A stretch of DNA of 64,000 nt, from positions 1 through 64,000 of the forward strand of contig JAVVEA010000016.1 of NCBI GenBank assembly GCA_032250835.1. Direction: 5' to 3'. Origin of the DNA: a bacterium (GTDB lineage Bacteria; SAR324; XYD2-FULL-50-16). The translations under genes were made by a program, and so were the position numbers. A model generated the notes under the pieces. That model was given only the letters and a program-made list of their open reading frames with translations. It did not search any database and was not told where the DNA came from. Shown one piece after another: positions 37,701-47,193 of the stretch. Every line of letters begins with the position of its first letter. Positions within the stretch are counted from its first letter, which is position 1.

Positions 37701-40700
37701 GAGGCTGGTGCAGCATGGGCCGGAGCTGCCGGGGCGGGAGCCGAAGCGCCCAAAGCTTCGGCGATTTGGCCTAGGGTCCTTAAGCTGCTTAGGGCCTCAG
37801 GGTTGACTTCGCCTAAGCTGGGTAACTTTTCTTGGATGGCGTAGAGGATTTCGACCCGCTTGATGCTGTCGATACCCAGGTCCGACTCTAGGTCCATACC
37901 CAGATCCAACATTTCGGCCTGATAGCCGGTCTTCTCGGCGACCACCGCCATCAACGCACCCACCACGTCCATCCCGCCTGTGGGGGCAGGAGCCGCGGCG
38001 GCTGGTGCGGCCTTGGCCGGGGCTGCCGGGGCGGGAGCCGAAGCGCCTAAGGCTTCAGCGATTTGGCCTAGGGTCCTTAAGCTGCTTAGGGCCTCAGGGT
38101 TAACCTCGCCTAAGCTGGGTAACTTTTCTTGGATGGCGTAGAGGATTTCCACCCGTTTGATGCTGTCGATGCCCAGGTCCGACTCTAGGTCCATGGACAG
38201 GTCCAGCATATCGGCTTGGTAGCCCGTCTTATCGGCCACTACGGCCAGCAAGGCGGTCGTCACCTCAGCGCCCCCTTGGGCGGCTGGTGCGGCTTTGGCC
38301 GAAGCCGCAGCAGGAGCGACCGAGGTCCCCGAGACCCCGCCAGCTTGCTGGGAGATGTGGTCCGCGATTTGTTGCAGCGTACGCAACTCGGCCAGCGCTT
38401 CGGGCTTGAGGGTCGGCAGTTGGGGCATGCCCTCTTGAAGGGCATAAAGAATCTCCACCCGTTTGATGCTATCCACGCCCAAATCGGACTCTAAGTCCAT
38501 CTCGGGGTCTAACATCTCGTGGGCATAGCCGGTCTTGCGGCTGATCACCCCCAGCAGGTGGAAGAGAACATCCTCCCCTAAAGTTCTTCCGCCGTGGGCT
38601 GAAACCGCGGGGGCTTTCGCGGCGACCGGAACAGCCGCAGCAGAACCGCCTAGGGACCGAACAATCTCACCTAAGGTCCGCAACTCACTTAAGGAATCGG
38701 GGTTTACCTCCCCTAAACTGGGTAACTTTTCTTGTAGCGCATAAAGGATTTCCACCCGTTTGATGCTGTCGATACCCAGGTCAGACTCTAGGTCCATGGA
38801 CAGGTCCAGCATTTCCGCCTGATAGCCCGTTTTTTCGGCCACCACGGCCATCAAAGCGGTCTTCACCTCGACGCTAGCGCTAGCCACCGGGGCAACCGGC
38901 TGAGGGCGCGGGGGAACCACCGGAGTGGGGGCCGGGGCCGTAGGTTTCGGCGCGATGGGCTGGGGGGCCACCGGCGGGGTCCTCTGCGGGGCCACCGGAG
39001 CCGGACGCGGGGCCGGAGTAGCGGGCGTAGCAGGCCGGGCTGGTCGGGGGCTGGTGCCCAAGGAACCACCTAAAATCGTCTGTTGCTGTTCGATCACCCG
39101 GAAGGCCTGCTCGGCAAATTCCGCTTGGTGGTTCAAATAGTTTTCATGGATCCGCAGCGTTTCGTTTTGGTGCTGTGTAAAGCCCTCAATCTGTGCCGCT
39201 AATTGAGCGGCGGCGGGGCTCTGCAATACCGCAAAAAAGGAGCGGGAATATTCGTTTTGGTTCGTTAAAAACTGCTCATGGACCCGGATCGTTTCGGCCT
39301 GATGGGACTGGAAGTCCTTTAGGCTCTGGCTCACGGCGGCCAACACTTCATGGTCTTGGGGATTCATAGCGGGCGGTTCAGGGTTTTTAGGGGCCACCGC
39401 TGGGGACTGGACAGCGGCCGGAACGACCGGCGCGGCTACCGGCGCAGCGGCCTGGACTATGGGGGTGGCCTGACGGATTTTATGGCCATCAACTAGGGCA
39501 TCCGCAAAATTCTTGCGGGTCTGGGGGCTGACGTAGTTGGCCCCGGTCAAGGTCACCGAAGCCGGGCTGGGCTTGATCAAGACCGGCTCTTTGCGCAGCG
39601 CATAGGGGTCTAACTGGCCTAGCTCCAAGCCCAAAACCTTTAATTCAGCATAGGCGCGGCGCAGTTGCAAATCACCAGAGCCCTTCGCACTGGCGTTGAG
39701 GGCCACGCAGACATGTTCCTTGCCGTTGAGGATGTTGCCGGTCAGCTTGCTTAAAATCGATTGGGGACCAAATTCCACAAAAATCCGGGCTCCGGCCTCA
39801 TACATGGCCTCGATCTCATCGACAAAGCGCACAGAATGTAAGATGTGCTCTTCTAGGGCTTTCTGGATCTTTTTAGGGTCCTGGGGGTGGGCTTTGCCGC
39901 TGGCGTTTGAGTACACCGGAATCTTAGGTGCCTTAAAGCTGGCCTTAGCAATGGCCTGGGCAAAGGGCTTTTGGGCATGGCCCACCAAAGGGGTGTGGAA
40001 GGCGGCAGAAACACCCAGCATCACGCAACTAAACTTTTGGGCCTTCAGCTTGGTGGCGGCCAGTTCCAGTTGGTCTTTCGGGCCCGCCAAGACCACCTGT
40101 TTCTTGCTGTTGTAATTGGCGGCTTTTAGGTCTTTAAACTCCTTGATCTGCGCCTCGATCCCTTCGACTTGGCCCATCACGGCCATCATGCCGCCTGCGT
40201 CCACGCCGTCTTGGGCCTTCATGGCGGCCCCTCGGGCTTGGGCTAGGCTCATATAATCGGACTCACTCAAAACCCCGGCGGCCCAAAGGGCGGTCAACTC
40301 GCCGAAGCTGTGGCCTGCTGCCATGTCGGCCTTAAAGCCCGCATCGCTCATGAGCCGGTAAAGCCCCCGGCTAAAGACGCCAATGGCGGGCTGGGCATTT
40401 TCGGTCAATTGCAGCCGAGTTTCTTGGGCTTTGCGCTCAGCTGCGTCGAAGGTCGGCACCGGGAAAACCACCTGGCTGAGCGCTTCGGGCTCCTCGGCAA
40501 AGAGGGCGTCCATCTGGGCGAAACCGGCCTCAAAGGAAGGAAAGTTCCAAACCAAATCCTTGCCCATGTTTAGGTAAGGCGAACCCTGTCCGGCAAAGAG
40601 CGCAGCCACCGCGCCTTCCAAAGCCACTTCGCGGTAGTGGATGCCTTCGGGCAGCGAAAAGGCCCGTTCGTCGGTATTTTTATTGAGGCCCTCTAAGGCG

Positions 40701-42364
40701 GTGTCCAGCAGGTTGGCCGCCTCAACGGCGTCCGTAGCCACCAGCCCCAAACGGACATGGTTTTGGGGGATTTTTATCTCTGCACAGTCGGCGGCCCAGT
40801 CAAAAAAGACTTTGGGGGCCAACTCGCCGCGCAGCGCATCGCGCTTGGCAGCCAGTTCCCGAACCAAAGCGGCACGGTTGGCGGCGTGTAGGAATAAGGG
40901 CTCTGGTGCGCGGTGTAAGCGGAAAGGGGTAACTGAGGTTTGCTCGTATTCTTCTAAAACATAATGGAAGTTGGTGCCGCCAAAGCCGAAGGCGCTGATC
41001 CCCGCGCGGCGCGGCGGCGCACCCAAAGCCCGAACCCAGGGCCGGGTCTCGGTATTTAAATAAACTGGGGTGCCGTCCAGGCCCAGGGCAGGATTGGGCT
41101 CGGTGACGTTGATAGTCGCCGGTAGAACCTTATGGTGCAAGGCCAGGGCGACCTTGATGAGGCCCGCAGAACCGGCGGCGTTTTTGGTGTGGCCCATCTG
41201 GCTTTTGACGCTGCCCAAGGCCATGGTCTTGCGCGGTCCCTTACCCATAAACTGGCTTAGGGCGCTCGACTCGGTGGCGTCACCGGCCTTGGTGCCCGTA
41301 CCGTGGGCTTCCCAAAGACCGACGGTCTGCGGGTCCACTCCGGCGGCTTCATAGGCGCGGTTCATGGCCAGCAGTTGGCCTTCGGCGCGGGGCGCGTAGA
41401 TGGACTTAAAGCGGCCATCAGAGCTAGAGCCCACGCCTTTGATCACCGCGTAAATCTTGTCCCCGTCCGCTTCGGCGTCTTCAAGGCGCTTGAGCAGCAA
41501 CATGCCGATACCCTCGCCGATCATGATGCCCGAAGAGTTTTTATCAAAGGGCTGCAAGACTTCGTTGGAGGTGAAGGCCGGGGTCTTAGAAAAACACAGA
41601 TACATATAGATGCTGTTGTCGGTGTCCACCCCACCGGTGATCATCATATCCGAGCGGTATTCCAACAGGTCACTGATGGCCATGCGGATGCCCGCCAAGG
41701 AACTGGCGCAGGCGGCGTCGACCACGCAGTTGGTCCCGCCTAAATCCAAGCGGTTGGCGATCCGGCCAGCGATCACGTTGCCTAAGGTACCGGGAAAGCT
41801 CATCTCTTCCCACTTCACATAGGCCTTCTTCATCTTTTCGATCAAATGCTTGCGGTCCTCAGGCTCGACGCCTTCAGAGGCCAAAACCTTTTCCCAGATC
41901 GGCGTTTGCAGGCGGCTGATCAAAGGATTCATCAACTTCTGCCCACCGCCGACCCCTAAAATACAGCCCGTATGGGCGCGGTCAAACTCGCGGTGCCCCT
42001 CGCCATAACCGCCGTCTTCTAAGGCGCGTTTGGCCATCACTAAAGACAACAGCTGGCTAACGTCGGTGAGCTCTAGAATATTGGGCGGAAGCCCCCACTC
42101 GATGGGGTTGAACTCAATCCCAGGAATGAAGCCGCCTTGCTTTGAATAGGTCTTGTCCGGCTGGCTCTTGTCGGGGTCATAGTAGTCCTCAATATTCCAA
42201 CGGTCCTCGGGCACCTCGCGGATGCAGTCGGCCTCTGAAAGAATATTTTCCCAGTAAGATTGTAGGTCTTTAGATTCGGGGAAGAGCGCCGACATGCCCA
42301 CAATGGCGATCGGCGTTTTTTGCAGGCGTTTGTTGAGCTGTTTGCCAGAGCTTTTAGCGGCCAT
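34751..42364 (-). CDS. pfaA: PUFA synthase PfaA (KS-MAT-6xACP-KR-DH)
   Basis: KS: DAACASS, EAHGTGT. MAT: GHSFG, SAAFH. Six LG(I/V)DSIKRVEIL ACPs. KR: GGAKGVT, Y..AN. PKS-type DH: H.IGG.PVLP and LFHG..FQ. Confidence 0.95.
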   Translation of the reverse strand: MAAKSSGKQLNKRLQKTPIAIVGMSALFPESKDLQSYWENILSEADCIREVPEDRWNIEDYYDPDKSQPDKTYSKQGGFIPGIEFNPIEWGLPPNILELTDVSQLLSLVMAKRALEDGGYGEGHREFDRAHTGCILGVGGGQKLMNPLISRLQTPIWEKVLASEGVEPEDRKHLIEKMKKAYVKWEEMSFPGTLGNVIAGRIANRLDLGGTNCVVDAACASSLAGIRMAISDLLEYRSDMMITGGVDTDNSIYMYLCFSKTPAFTSNEVLQPFDKNSSGIMIGEGIGMLLLKRLEDAEADGDKIYAVIKGVGSSSDGRFKSIYAPRAEGQLLAMNRAYEAAGVDPQTVGLWEAHGTGTKAGDATESSALSQFMGKGPRKTMALGSVKSQMGHTKNAAGSAGLIKVALALHHKVLPATINVTEPNPALGLDGTPVYLNTETRPWVRALGAPPRRAGISAFGFGGTNFHYVLEEYEQTSVTPFRLHRAPEPLFLHAANRAALVRELAAKRDALRGELAPKVFFDWAADCAEIKIPQNHVRLGLVATDAVEAANLLDTALEGLNKNTDERAFSLPEGIHYREVALEGAVAALFAGQGSPYLNMGKDLVWNFPSFEAGFAQMDALFAEEPEALSQVVFPVPTFDAAERKAQETRLQLTENAQPAIGVFSRGLYRLMSDAGFKADMAAGHSFGELTALWAAGVLSESDYMSLAQARGAAMKAQDGVDAGGMMAVMGQVEGIEAQIKEFKDLKAANYNSKKQVVLAGPKDQLELAATKLKAQKFSCVMLGVSAAFHTPLVGHAQKPFAQAIAKASFKAPKIPVYSNASGKAHPQDPKKIQKALEEHILHSVRFVDEIEAMYEAGARIFVEFGPQSILSKLTGNILNGKEHVCVALNASAKGSGDLQLRRAYAELKVLGLELGQLDPYALRKEPVLIKPSPASVTLTGANYVSPQTRKNFADALVDGHKIRQATPIVQAAAPVAAPVVPAAVQSPAVAPKNPEPPAMNPQDHEVLAAVSQSLKDFQSHQAETIRVHEQFLTNQNEYSRSFFAVLQSPAAAQLAAQIEGFTQHQNETLRIHENYLNHQAEFAEQAFRVIEQQQTILGGSLGTSPRPARPATPATPAPRPAPVAPQRTPPVAPQPIAPKPTAPAPTPVVPPRPQPVAPVASASVEVKTALMAVVAEKTGYQAEMLDLSMDLESDLGIDSIKRVEILYALQEKLPSLGEVNPDSLSELRTLGEIVRSLGGSAAAVPVAAKAPAVSAHGGRTLGEDVLFHLLGVISRKTGYAHEMLDPEMDLESDLGVDSIKRVEILYALQEGMPQLPTLKPEALAELRTLQQIADHISQQAGGVSGTSVAPAAASAKAAPAAQGGAEVTTALLAVVADKTGYQADMLDLSMDLESDLGIDSIKRVEILYAIQEKLPSLGEVNPEALSSLRTLGQIAEALGASAPAPAAPAKAAPAAAAPAPTGGMDVVGALMAVVAEKTGYQAEMLDLGMDLESDLGIDSIKRVEILYAIQEKLPSLGEVNPEALSSLRTLGQIAEALGASAPAPAAPAHAAPASAAPAPTGGMDVVGALMAVVAEKTGYQAEMLDLGMDLESDLGIDSIKRVEILYALQEKLPALGEVNPDALSSLRTLGQIAEQLGGSQAAAPAPAAAVAASGPGPEAEAALLAVVAEKTGYQAEMLDLAMDLESDLGIDSIKRVEILYALQEKLPSLGELNPEALSSLRTLGEIAEAVKKKSPELAATPGALERAQGPRAGRLPVSLQALAQPDRLLVHPPEGCQILLAGDPAQAAKLTKALKAAGWAQVLFLTLPGQKTAAGLKGPQLAQLDDASLAAALAEARQTAPIGGFLYLHPHFDGKDWFSDAEAALVQSVFFLAKALKEDLSQGFNQGRSCFMVATQLDGQLGWAAKSQFGAYGGGLSGLVKTLKVEWPQVFCRMVDLEPGLDPVGPILSEWADSDLLLGETGWTQKGRWTLVARKEAFNAELAPISSKEVFLVSGGAKGVTAKSVVALAQASQAGFILLGRSPLGDEPAWALGQTDEPHLKAAAIKALQAQGEKPTPVKVQSMINQVLGLREIHQTLAAIEAAGGRAAYLAADVTDPKAIQQALKATDLGPVTGLIHGAGVLADKLIEKKSFGDYEKVVGTKVGGLKALLDALDPKELKYLTLFSSSAGFYGNLGQSDYALANEVLNKAAQLFVKRYPKAKVVSFNWGPWEGGMVTPQLQRLFESRGVEVIPAAAGTAALVDEMSAKRGPNQLVIGSGMVTPLPPSGPLESYQIERDVDPKALKGFKDHSIGGKPVLPMVFALAWMAEGAAKLYPGYHVAAVVSVKVLKGVVLDQKTRFTLDLKEGEKGEQGIWLEAKLTSPGKKLPMIHYSARINLAMGPPPKARRDFAPKPGADASKLYQDKTLFHGPAFQGILEVIHQEDRKLSLRCGLKPLSGLGPFAPVMLNPLADDQALQALLVQARFLTGNASLPLSIDAFHPFAPAPMDQPFYLLLKVREADPGRLKADVSLVDGQGNVFSEMIGAEVTISENLNEKF
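37175..38870 (-). repeat. Tandem array of six ACP domains; ACP3-5 units nearly identical with about 297-bp period
   Basis: For example, gcttgatgctgtcgatacccaggtccgactctaggtccatacccagatcc occurs at 37561 and 37858. The Ala/Pro linkers are also duplicated. Confidence 0.9.
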
Positions 42365-42502
42365 AGGGGGGAGGTCTCGGTTTCATTGGGGCAAAAAAGC
42401 CCGGTCGTTATGGGGTTCAGGCCGCCCAAAGCAGGACTGGCGGCAACCCGGTTCCCCTATTCTTAATCCAATTGAAACCGAAATTCAAGCTTTAGACCAA
42501 GT

Positions 42503-43459
42503 TTATGACAGCCCCCTTGTCATTATTTTTATTGCTTCAGCAACCATCCTAGAAATCAGCTCTTTACAAGTCGGAATATCTTCGATCAACCCCACCGACT
42601 GACCGCAGGCAAAAAGAAAGTGATCGATTTCACCGGCTTCTAAGGCCTTCAGACCCAACCGGCCCGAAAGATGCGGGGCCAATTCGGCCAACTCGGCCCC
42701 GGCCTGCTCCATGGCCAACACCTTTTCGGCCTGTTGGTTGCGCAGAACCCGCAGGCTGTTGTTTAAGCTGCGCTCGACCAAGAGGGTCTCATTTTCTTGA
42801 GCGGCCACCAAGGCTTCTTTGATCTTCTGGTGCACCGGTGCTTCCTGGGTCGCCAAGAACCGGGTGCCCATGTTCACCCCTTCGGCACCCAAGGCCAACG
42901 AGGCAGCCAAGCCGCGCCCGTCGGCGATCCCGCCCGAGGCAATGACCGGAATTTTGAGCGCCGCGGCCACCCGAGGGATCAACACCAAACCGCCCACATC
43001 CTGCTCGCCGGGATGCCCGGCGCATTCAAAGCCGTCGATGCTAACCACGTCCACGCCGATCTTCTCGGCCTTAAGGGCATGTTTTAAGCTGGTGCATTTA
43101 TGGATCACCTTCACCCCGGCGCTCTTGAGCAAGGCCATATAGGGCTCCGGGTTGCGCCCGGCGGTTTCGATGATCTTCACCCCCGCTTTCAAGATAACCT
43201 CGGCGTAGGCTTCGTAGGGGACCGGCTTGAGGGTCGGTAAGAAGGTGAGGTTTACGGCAAAGGGCCGGTCCGTCAGGCGGCGGATCTCGGCAATCTCTTC
43301 GGCCACCAGACCGGGCTCCGGCAGGCTCAAGGCGGTCAAGATACCCAGCCCGCCCGCATTCGACACCGCGGCCACCAAGGGGGCCCGAGAGACCCACATC
43401 ATGCCCCCCTGGACAATCGGTGCCTCAATCCCCAACAACTCAGTGAGCCTGGTTTTCAT
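42503..43459 (-). CDS. Nitronate monooxygenase / FabK-like flavoprotein
   Basis: PIVQGGM, AVSNAGGLG, GFECAGH, SGGIADGRG and MGTRF motifs. Confidence 0.88.
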   Translation of the reverse strand: MKTRLTELLGIEAPIVQGGMMWVSRAPLVAAVSNAGGLGILTALSLPEPGLVAEEIAEIRRLTDRPFAVNLTFLPTLKPVPYEAYAEVILKAGVKIIETAGRNPEPYMALLKSAGVKVIHKCTSLKHALKAEKIGVDVVSIDGFECAGHPGEQDVGGLVLIPRVAAALKIPVIASGGIADGRGLAASLALGAEGVNMGTRFLATQEAPVHQKIKEALVAAQENETLLVERSLNNSLRVLRNQQAEKVLAMEQAGAELAELAPHLSGRLGLKALEAGEIDHFLFACGQSVGLIEDIPTCKELISRMVAEAIKIMTRGLS

Positions 43460-43460
43460 T

Positions 43461-44363
43461 TTATCCTTTTAGGGCTGCCGTTAAGGCGGGAACAAATTCC
43501 AGCAGGTCGGCGACCACGATGTATTGGGCCACTTCGCCGATGGGGGCTTCTTTGTCTTTGTTGACCGCAATGATCATCTCGGACTTTTTCATGCCCGCTA
43601 AGTGCTGCACGGCACCGGAAATGCCGCAGGCCATGTAGAGCTTAGGGGTGACCGTAGCTCCGGTACTGCCCACCTGATGGGCCGCTTCAATCCAGCCGGA
43701 GTCAACGACCGGACGGCTCGCGCCGACCTGGGCCCCGAGGGCATCGGCCAAATCACGGATCAGTTGCAAGTTTTCGGGTTTGCCGATGCCGCGTCCGCCA
43801 GAAACGATCTTTTCGGCTTTGCTCAAGTCCACCCCTTGGGCCGGTTTGGGTTGGTAGCCCGTAAGTTGGGGGCCTTCGCCGGTGGTGATGGCAATAGATT
43901 CTTCTTGAGGGCTCCCGGCAGCCGTTGCGGCGGCGAAGGCACCGGCCTGAATGGTCACCACCACTAGGCCCGGCTTAGGGGTTACCTTGCGTTGTAGTTT
44001 CCCGTTGCAGCAGCCTAGCTGATAAAGCCCCGCATCATAGCCAACCACCTCGCTGATCTGGGCAGCCTCTTGGGCCAAAGCCAGCCTAGGGGCTAAGTCC
44101 CAGCCATAGGCCGAGTGCATCAAGACCACTAAATCGGGTTGTTCCTGCTCGATCACCGCCAAAGCCGCCGCTTTGTGGGCCTTAGGGGCATATTCGGGGC
44201 CTTGGCCCACATACAACTTGCCCCCGAAGGCCGGGCGGTCGCTACTGTCGCCCAGCATCAAGCCGACGGTCTCGGCCCCCATGGTCTCGGCAAAGCCCAG
44301 CAGTTCCGCAAAGCTGGCGGCCAGTTTGCCCTGGACCACTTCTCCAATCAATAAAGCTTTCAT
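43461..44363 (-). CDS. etfA: Electron transfer flavoprotein alpha subunit
   Basis: VSGGRG, GASRPVVD, QVG.TG and GISGA.QH.AGM motifs. Confidence 0.95.
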   Translation of the reverse strand: MKALLIGEVVQGKLAASFAELLGFAETMGAETVGLMLGDSSDRPAFGGKLYVGQGPEYAPKAHKAAALAVIEQEQPDLVVLMHSAYGWDLAPRLALAQEAAQISEVVGYDAGLYQLGCCNGKLQRKVTPKPGLVVVTIQAGAFAAATAAGSPQEESIAITTGEGPQLTGYQPKPAQGVDLSKAEKIVSGGRGIGKPENLQLIRDLADALGAQVGASRPVVDSGWIEAAHQVGSTGATVTPKLYMACGISGAVQHLAGMKKSEMIIAVNKDKEAPIGEVAQYIVVADLLEFVPALTAALKG

Positions 44364-44372
44364 GGTCCCTCC

Positions 44373-45140
44373 CTATCCGATCAGTTTGTTGTCTTTTAAA
44401 ATAGCCACCACCTGAGCCACCTGGGCCGAGAGGTCCCCTTCGATCAGCTCGGCCGCTCCGCGCTTAGGCGGTGCCCCGATCTCTTTAACGCCCAGCACCG
44501 CCTCGCCCGTTCCGCTCACCTCCAAGGTTTCCATGGGCTTCTTTTTAGCCTTCATGATGTTGGGCAGCGTGGGGTAGCGGGGCTGGTTCAGGCCCAACTG
44601 GCAGGTCACCAGGGCCGGGGTAGCCAAGGTCACTTGGGCCCTGATCCCGCCTTCTAGCTCCCGTTCGCCTTGAATCTTTCCGCCTTCAAAACTAAACTCA
44701 ACCAAGGTACTGACCGAGTCGATCCCGAGCAGCTCTGCCAGCAAAATCCCCACCTGGGCCGAGCCCCGGTCTTGGGACTGCATACCCGTAAAAATCAGCT
44801 CAAAACCCTTGTCTTTGACGGCGCTGTGGATGGCGCGTGCCACCTGTAGGCTATCCTTTTGGGGTCCTTGGGGATCTAACAGGTGGATGGCCTGATCGGC
44901 ACCCATGGCCAGCGCTTTTTTGAGCGCCTCACTAGACCGTTGGGGCCCGAGGCTCAAGACCGTCAAGCTGGCGGCGTCGCCTAGCTTTTCCTTCACTTGC
45001 ACCGCCGCCTCGATGGCGTATTCATCATATTCATTGATGCGGAAGGCCAAGTCCGTCTCTTCAAACCAAGACCCGCCTGGGGGAACCACGAAGCGCGATT
45101 CCATATCCGCCACTTGTTTGATGCAAACCAGAATATTCAT
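44373..45140 (-). CDS. etfB: Electron transfer flavoprotein beta subunit
   Basis: VCIKQV, N.YD.YA.E.A, ALAMGAD and PRYPTLPNIMKAKKK motifs. Confidence 0.95.
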   Translation of the reverse strand: MNILVCIKQVADMESRFVVPPGGSWFEETDLAFRINEYDEYAIEAAVQVKEKLGDAASLTVLSLGPQRSSEALKKALAMGADQAIHLLDPQGPQKDSLQVARAIHSAVKDKGFELIFTGMQSQDRGSAQVGILLAELLGIDSVSTLVEFSFEGGKIQGERELEGGIRAQVTLATPALVTCQLGLNQPRYPTLPNIMKAKKKPMETLEVSGTGEAVLGVKEIGAPPKRGAAELIEGDLSAQVAQVVAILKDNKLIG

Positions 45141-47131
45141 CAGCTCTCCTTCAGATTAGATTCAGGCAGCCCTTGGGCTAGTAGCTCCAACAGGTCCATG
45201 GCGACCATCTCTTGGCCCCCGTCCAGACCTTTGACGGCGTCTTCCATCATGGTCAAACAGAAGGGACAAGAAGACACCACCACCTCGGCCCCCGTTTTTT
45301 GGGCCATCTGGGCACGCTGGACACTGATCCGCGTACCCAGGTTTTCTTCGGCTAAAATCCGGCCGCCACCGGCACCACAGCAAAAACTCTCGGGCCCCGA
45401 TGCGGTCATCTCGCTTAAGTCGCGCCCGGTGGCCTCGAGCAAGCCGCGGGGTTCACCATACAAGCCATTGTAGCGGCCTAAATAACAAGAGTCATGGTAG
45501 GTCACCTTGCCTGGGCTGCGGTCCAGCTTGAAGCGGAAATCCTTCCACCACTGTTCAGCCAGGGCGGTGTAATGGATCACCTCGCCCGTAAAGCCCAAAT
45601 CGCGGTAGTCGCGGTTGAGGGTTTGGAAGCAATGGGGGCAGGTGGTCACCACCTTTTGGACCTTTTGCAGCGACTCGATGTTTTCGCCTGCCAAGGTTTG
45701 GTAGAGGTATTCGTTGCCCATCTTGCGGGCCGGTTCGCCGCAGCAGCGCTCGCCTTTGCCTAAGATGGCCAGCTTGACGCCCGCCGTGTGGGCGAGCTTA
45801 ACAAACGCCTTAGCTACCTTCTGGTTGCGTGCGTCAAAGCTGGCGTAACAGCCCACAAAATAAAGGTAGTCCGCCTCTTCGATCGGCACCAGGGGTAAGC
45901 CCTCGGCCCAGTCGGCCCTGGCCGCCGGGGCACTGCCTAAGGGGTTATAATTGACCTCAAAGCTGTCCATCGCCTTGGCCACCTCGTCGCCAGGGAATTC
46001 CCCTTCCATCAAAGCCAAATTGCGGCGCATGCCGATGATCTTGGGGACATGTTCAATGTCGGCCGGACAGGTTTCCATACAGGCGCGGCAGGTGGTACAA
46101 GCCCAGATGGCCTCTTTACCCACCGCTTCGCTCAGGCTGCCGTCTTTCATTTCAAAACAAACCTTGCCCATATCTTGGATCAATTTCATGGGGCTCAGCG
46201 GCTTGTCGGTATTGTAAGCCGGGCAGCGGTCCTGACAGCGCTTGCAGCTAGTGCAGGCATCGGTATCGAAAATATCTTTCCAGGTCAGGTCACTAGGCTT
46301 GCCTAGCCCGAAGGACTCGGCCGACTCGTCCTCTAGGTCCAGGGTCACCAAATGCCCCTTGGGGTGGTCATCAAAAAACAGGTAGTTGATCGGCGTCAGG
46401 AAGAGGTGTTTCAGCCTCGTGAAGGGGATCATCGCCAAAAAGGCCGTGACGAGGACTAAGTGGAACCACCAAAGGCCCAGATGCAAACTGCGGATCGTTC
46501 CTTCGTCTAATAAGGCAAACCAACGCGCGAAGATCAGGCCAACGGGCGAATAGATCGCCAGGGCTTCGTTGAGGCCCACTTCGGTCACCGCCATCCGCAG
46601 GCCTTCAAGCAAAAAGCCGGTCAAGAGAATGGTGAAGAGGTTTAGATACATCCAGCCGTCGCCAGTTTCGGGCAGTAAGCCTTTAGGCCGGAGCAGGTAA
46701 CGGCGGGTGAACATGCCCGCCATCATGATCAAGGCGACCAAACCACCTAAGTCCATGGCTAAGGAAAAGGTTTTATAAAAATCCCCCTTCAAGAAGGTGA
46801 TCCCCGCCAAAGGCTCTAAGATGTCCGTTTGAATAAAAATCAAGGTGGTGCCGATGAAAAGCACCAAAAAGCCCCAGAAAAAGAAATTGTGCAGGGCACC
46901 AATCCCCTTTTCACGCCCGACCTTGCCTTGGAAGAGCGCTTCAGAGAGGCCCAAAAAGAGGCGGCGGCCCAATCCGTTTAACCGGGCCAGCGAGCGCCCC
47001 TGTTTGTACACTTTTAAGCGGCGGGCAAAACCCCAAAGCATGACGCCGGTGCCGAGCGCCGCCATCAGGTACATCAAGGGAACCGAACTGGCCGGGATGT
47101 TCCAGTAAATTTCTCGGGTATTCTCCAACAT
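45140..47131 (-). CDS. Membrane Fe-S oxidoreductase (FadF / ETF:menaquinone oxidoreductase type)
   Basis: N-terminal TM heme-b-like domain with His residues, CxxCxxCxxxCP twice, and two CCG domains; adjacent to etfBA. Confidence 0.88.
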   Translation of the reverse strand: MLENTREIYWNIPASSVPLMYLMAALGTGVMLWGFARRLKVYKQGRSLARLNGLGRRLFLGLSEALFQGKVGREKGIGALHNFFFWGFLVLFIGTTLIFIQTDILEPLAGITFLKGDFYKTFSLAMDLGGLVALIMMAGMFTRRYLLRPKGLLPETGDGWMYLNLFTILLTGFLLEGLRMAVTEVGLNEALAIYSPVGLIFARWFALLDEGTIRSLHLGLWWFHLVLVTAFLAMIPFTRLKHLFLTPINYLFFDDHPKGHLVTLDLEDESAESFGLGKPSDLTWKDIFDTDACTSCKRCQDRCPAYNTDKPLSPMKLIQDMGKVCFEMKDGSLSEAVGKEAIWACTTCRACMETCPADIEHVPKIIGMRRNLALMEGEFPGDEVAKAMDSFEVNYNPLGSAPAARADWAEGLPLVPIEEADYLYFVGCYASFDARNQKVAKAFVKLAHTAGVKLAILGKGERCCGEPARKMGNEYLYQTLAGENIESLQKVQKVVTTCPHCFQTLNRDYRDLGFTGEVIHYTALAEQWWKDFRFKLDRSPGKVTYHDSCYLGRYNGLYGEPRGLLEATGRDLSEMTASGPESFCCGAGGGRILAEENLGTRISVQRAQMAQKTGAEVVVSSCPFCLTMMEDAVKGLDGGQEMVAMDLLELLAQGLPESNLKES

Positions 47132-47193
47132 GGGCAAAAAGATTATAAAGGTTATTTTTAGGTTTTGAGTATAACCAGCTTATTAGGGGCTTG

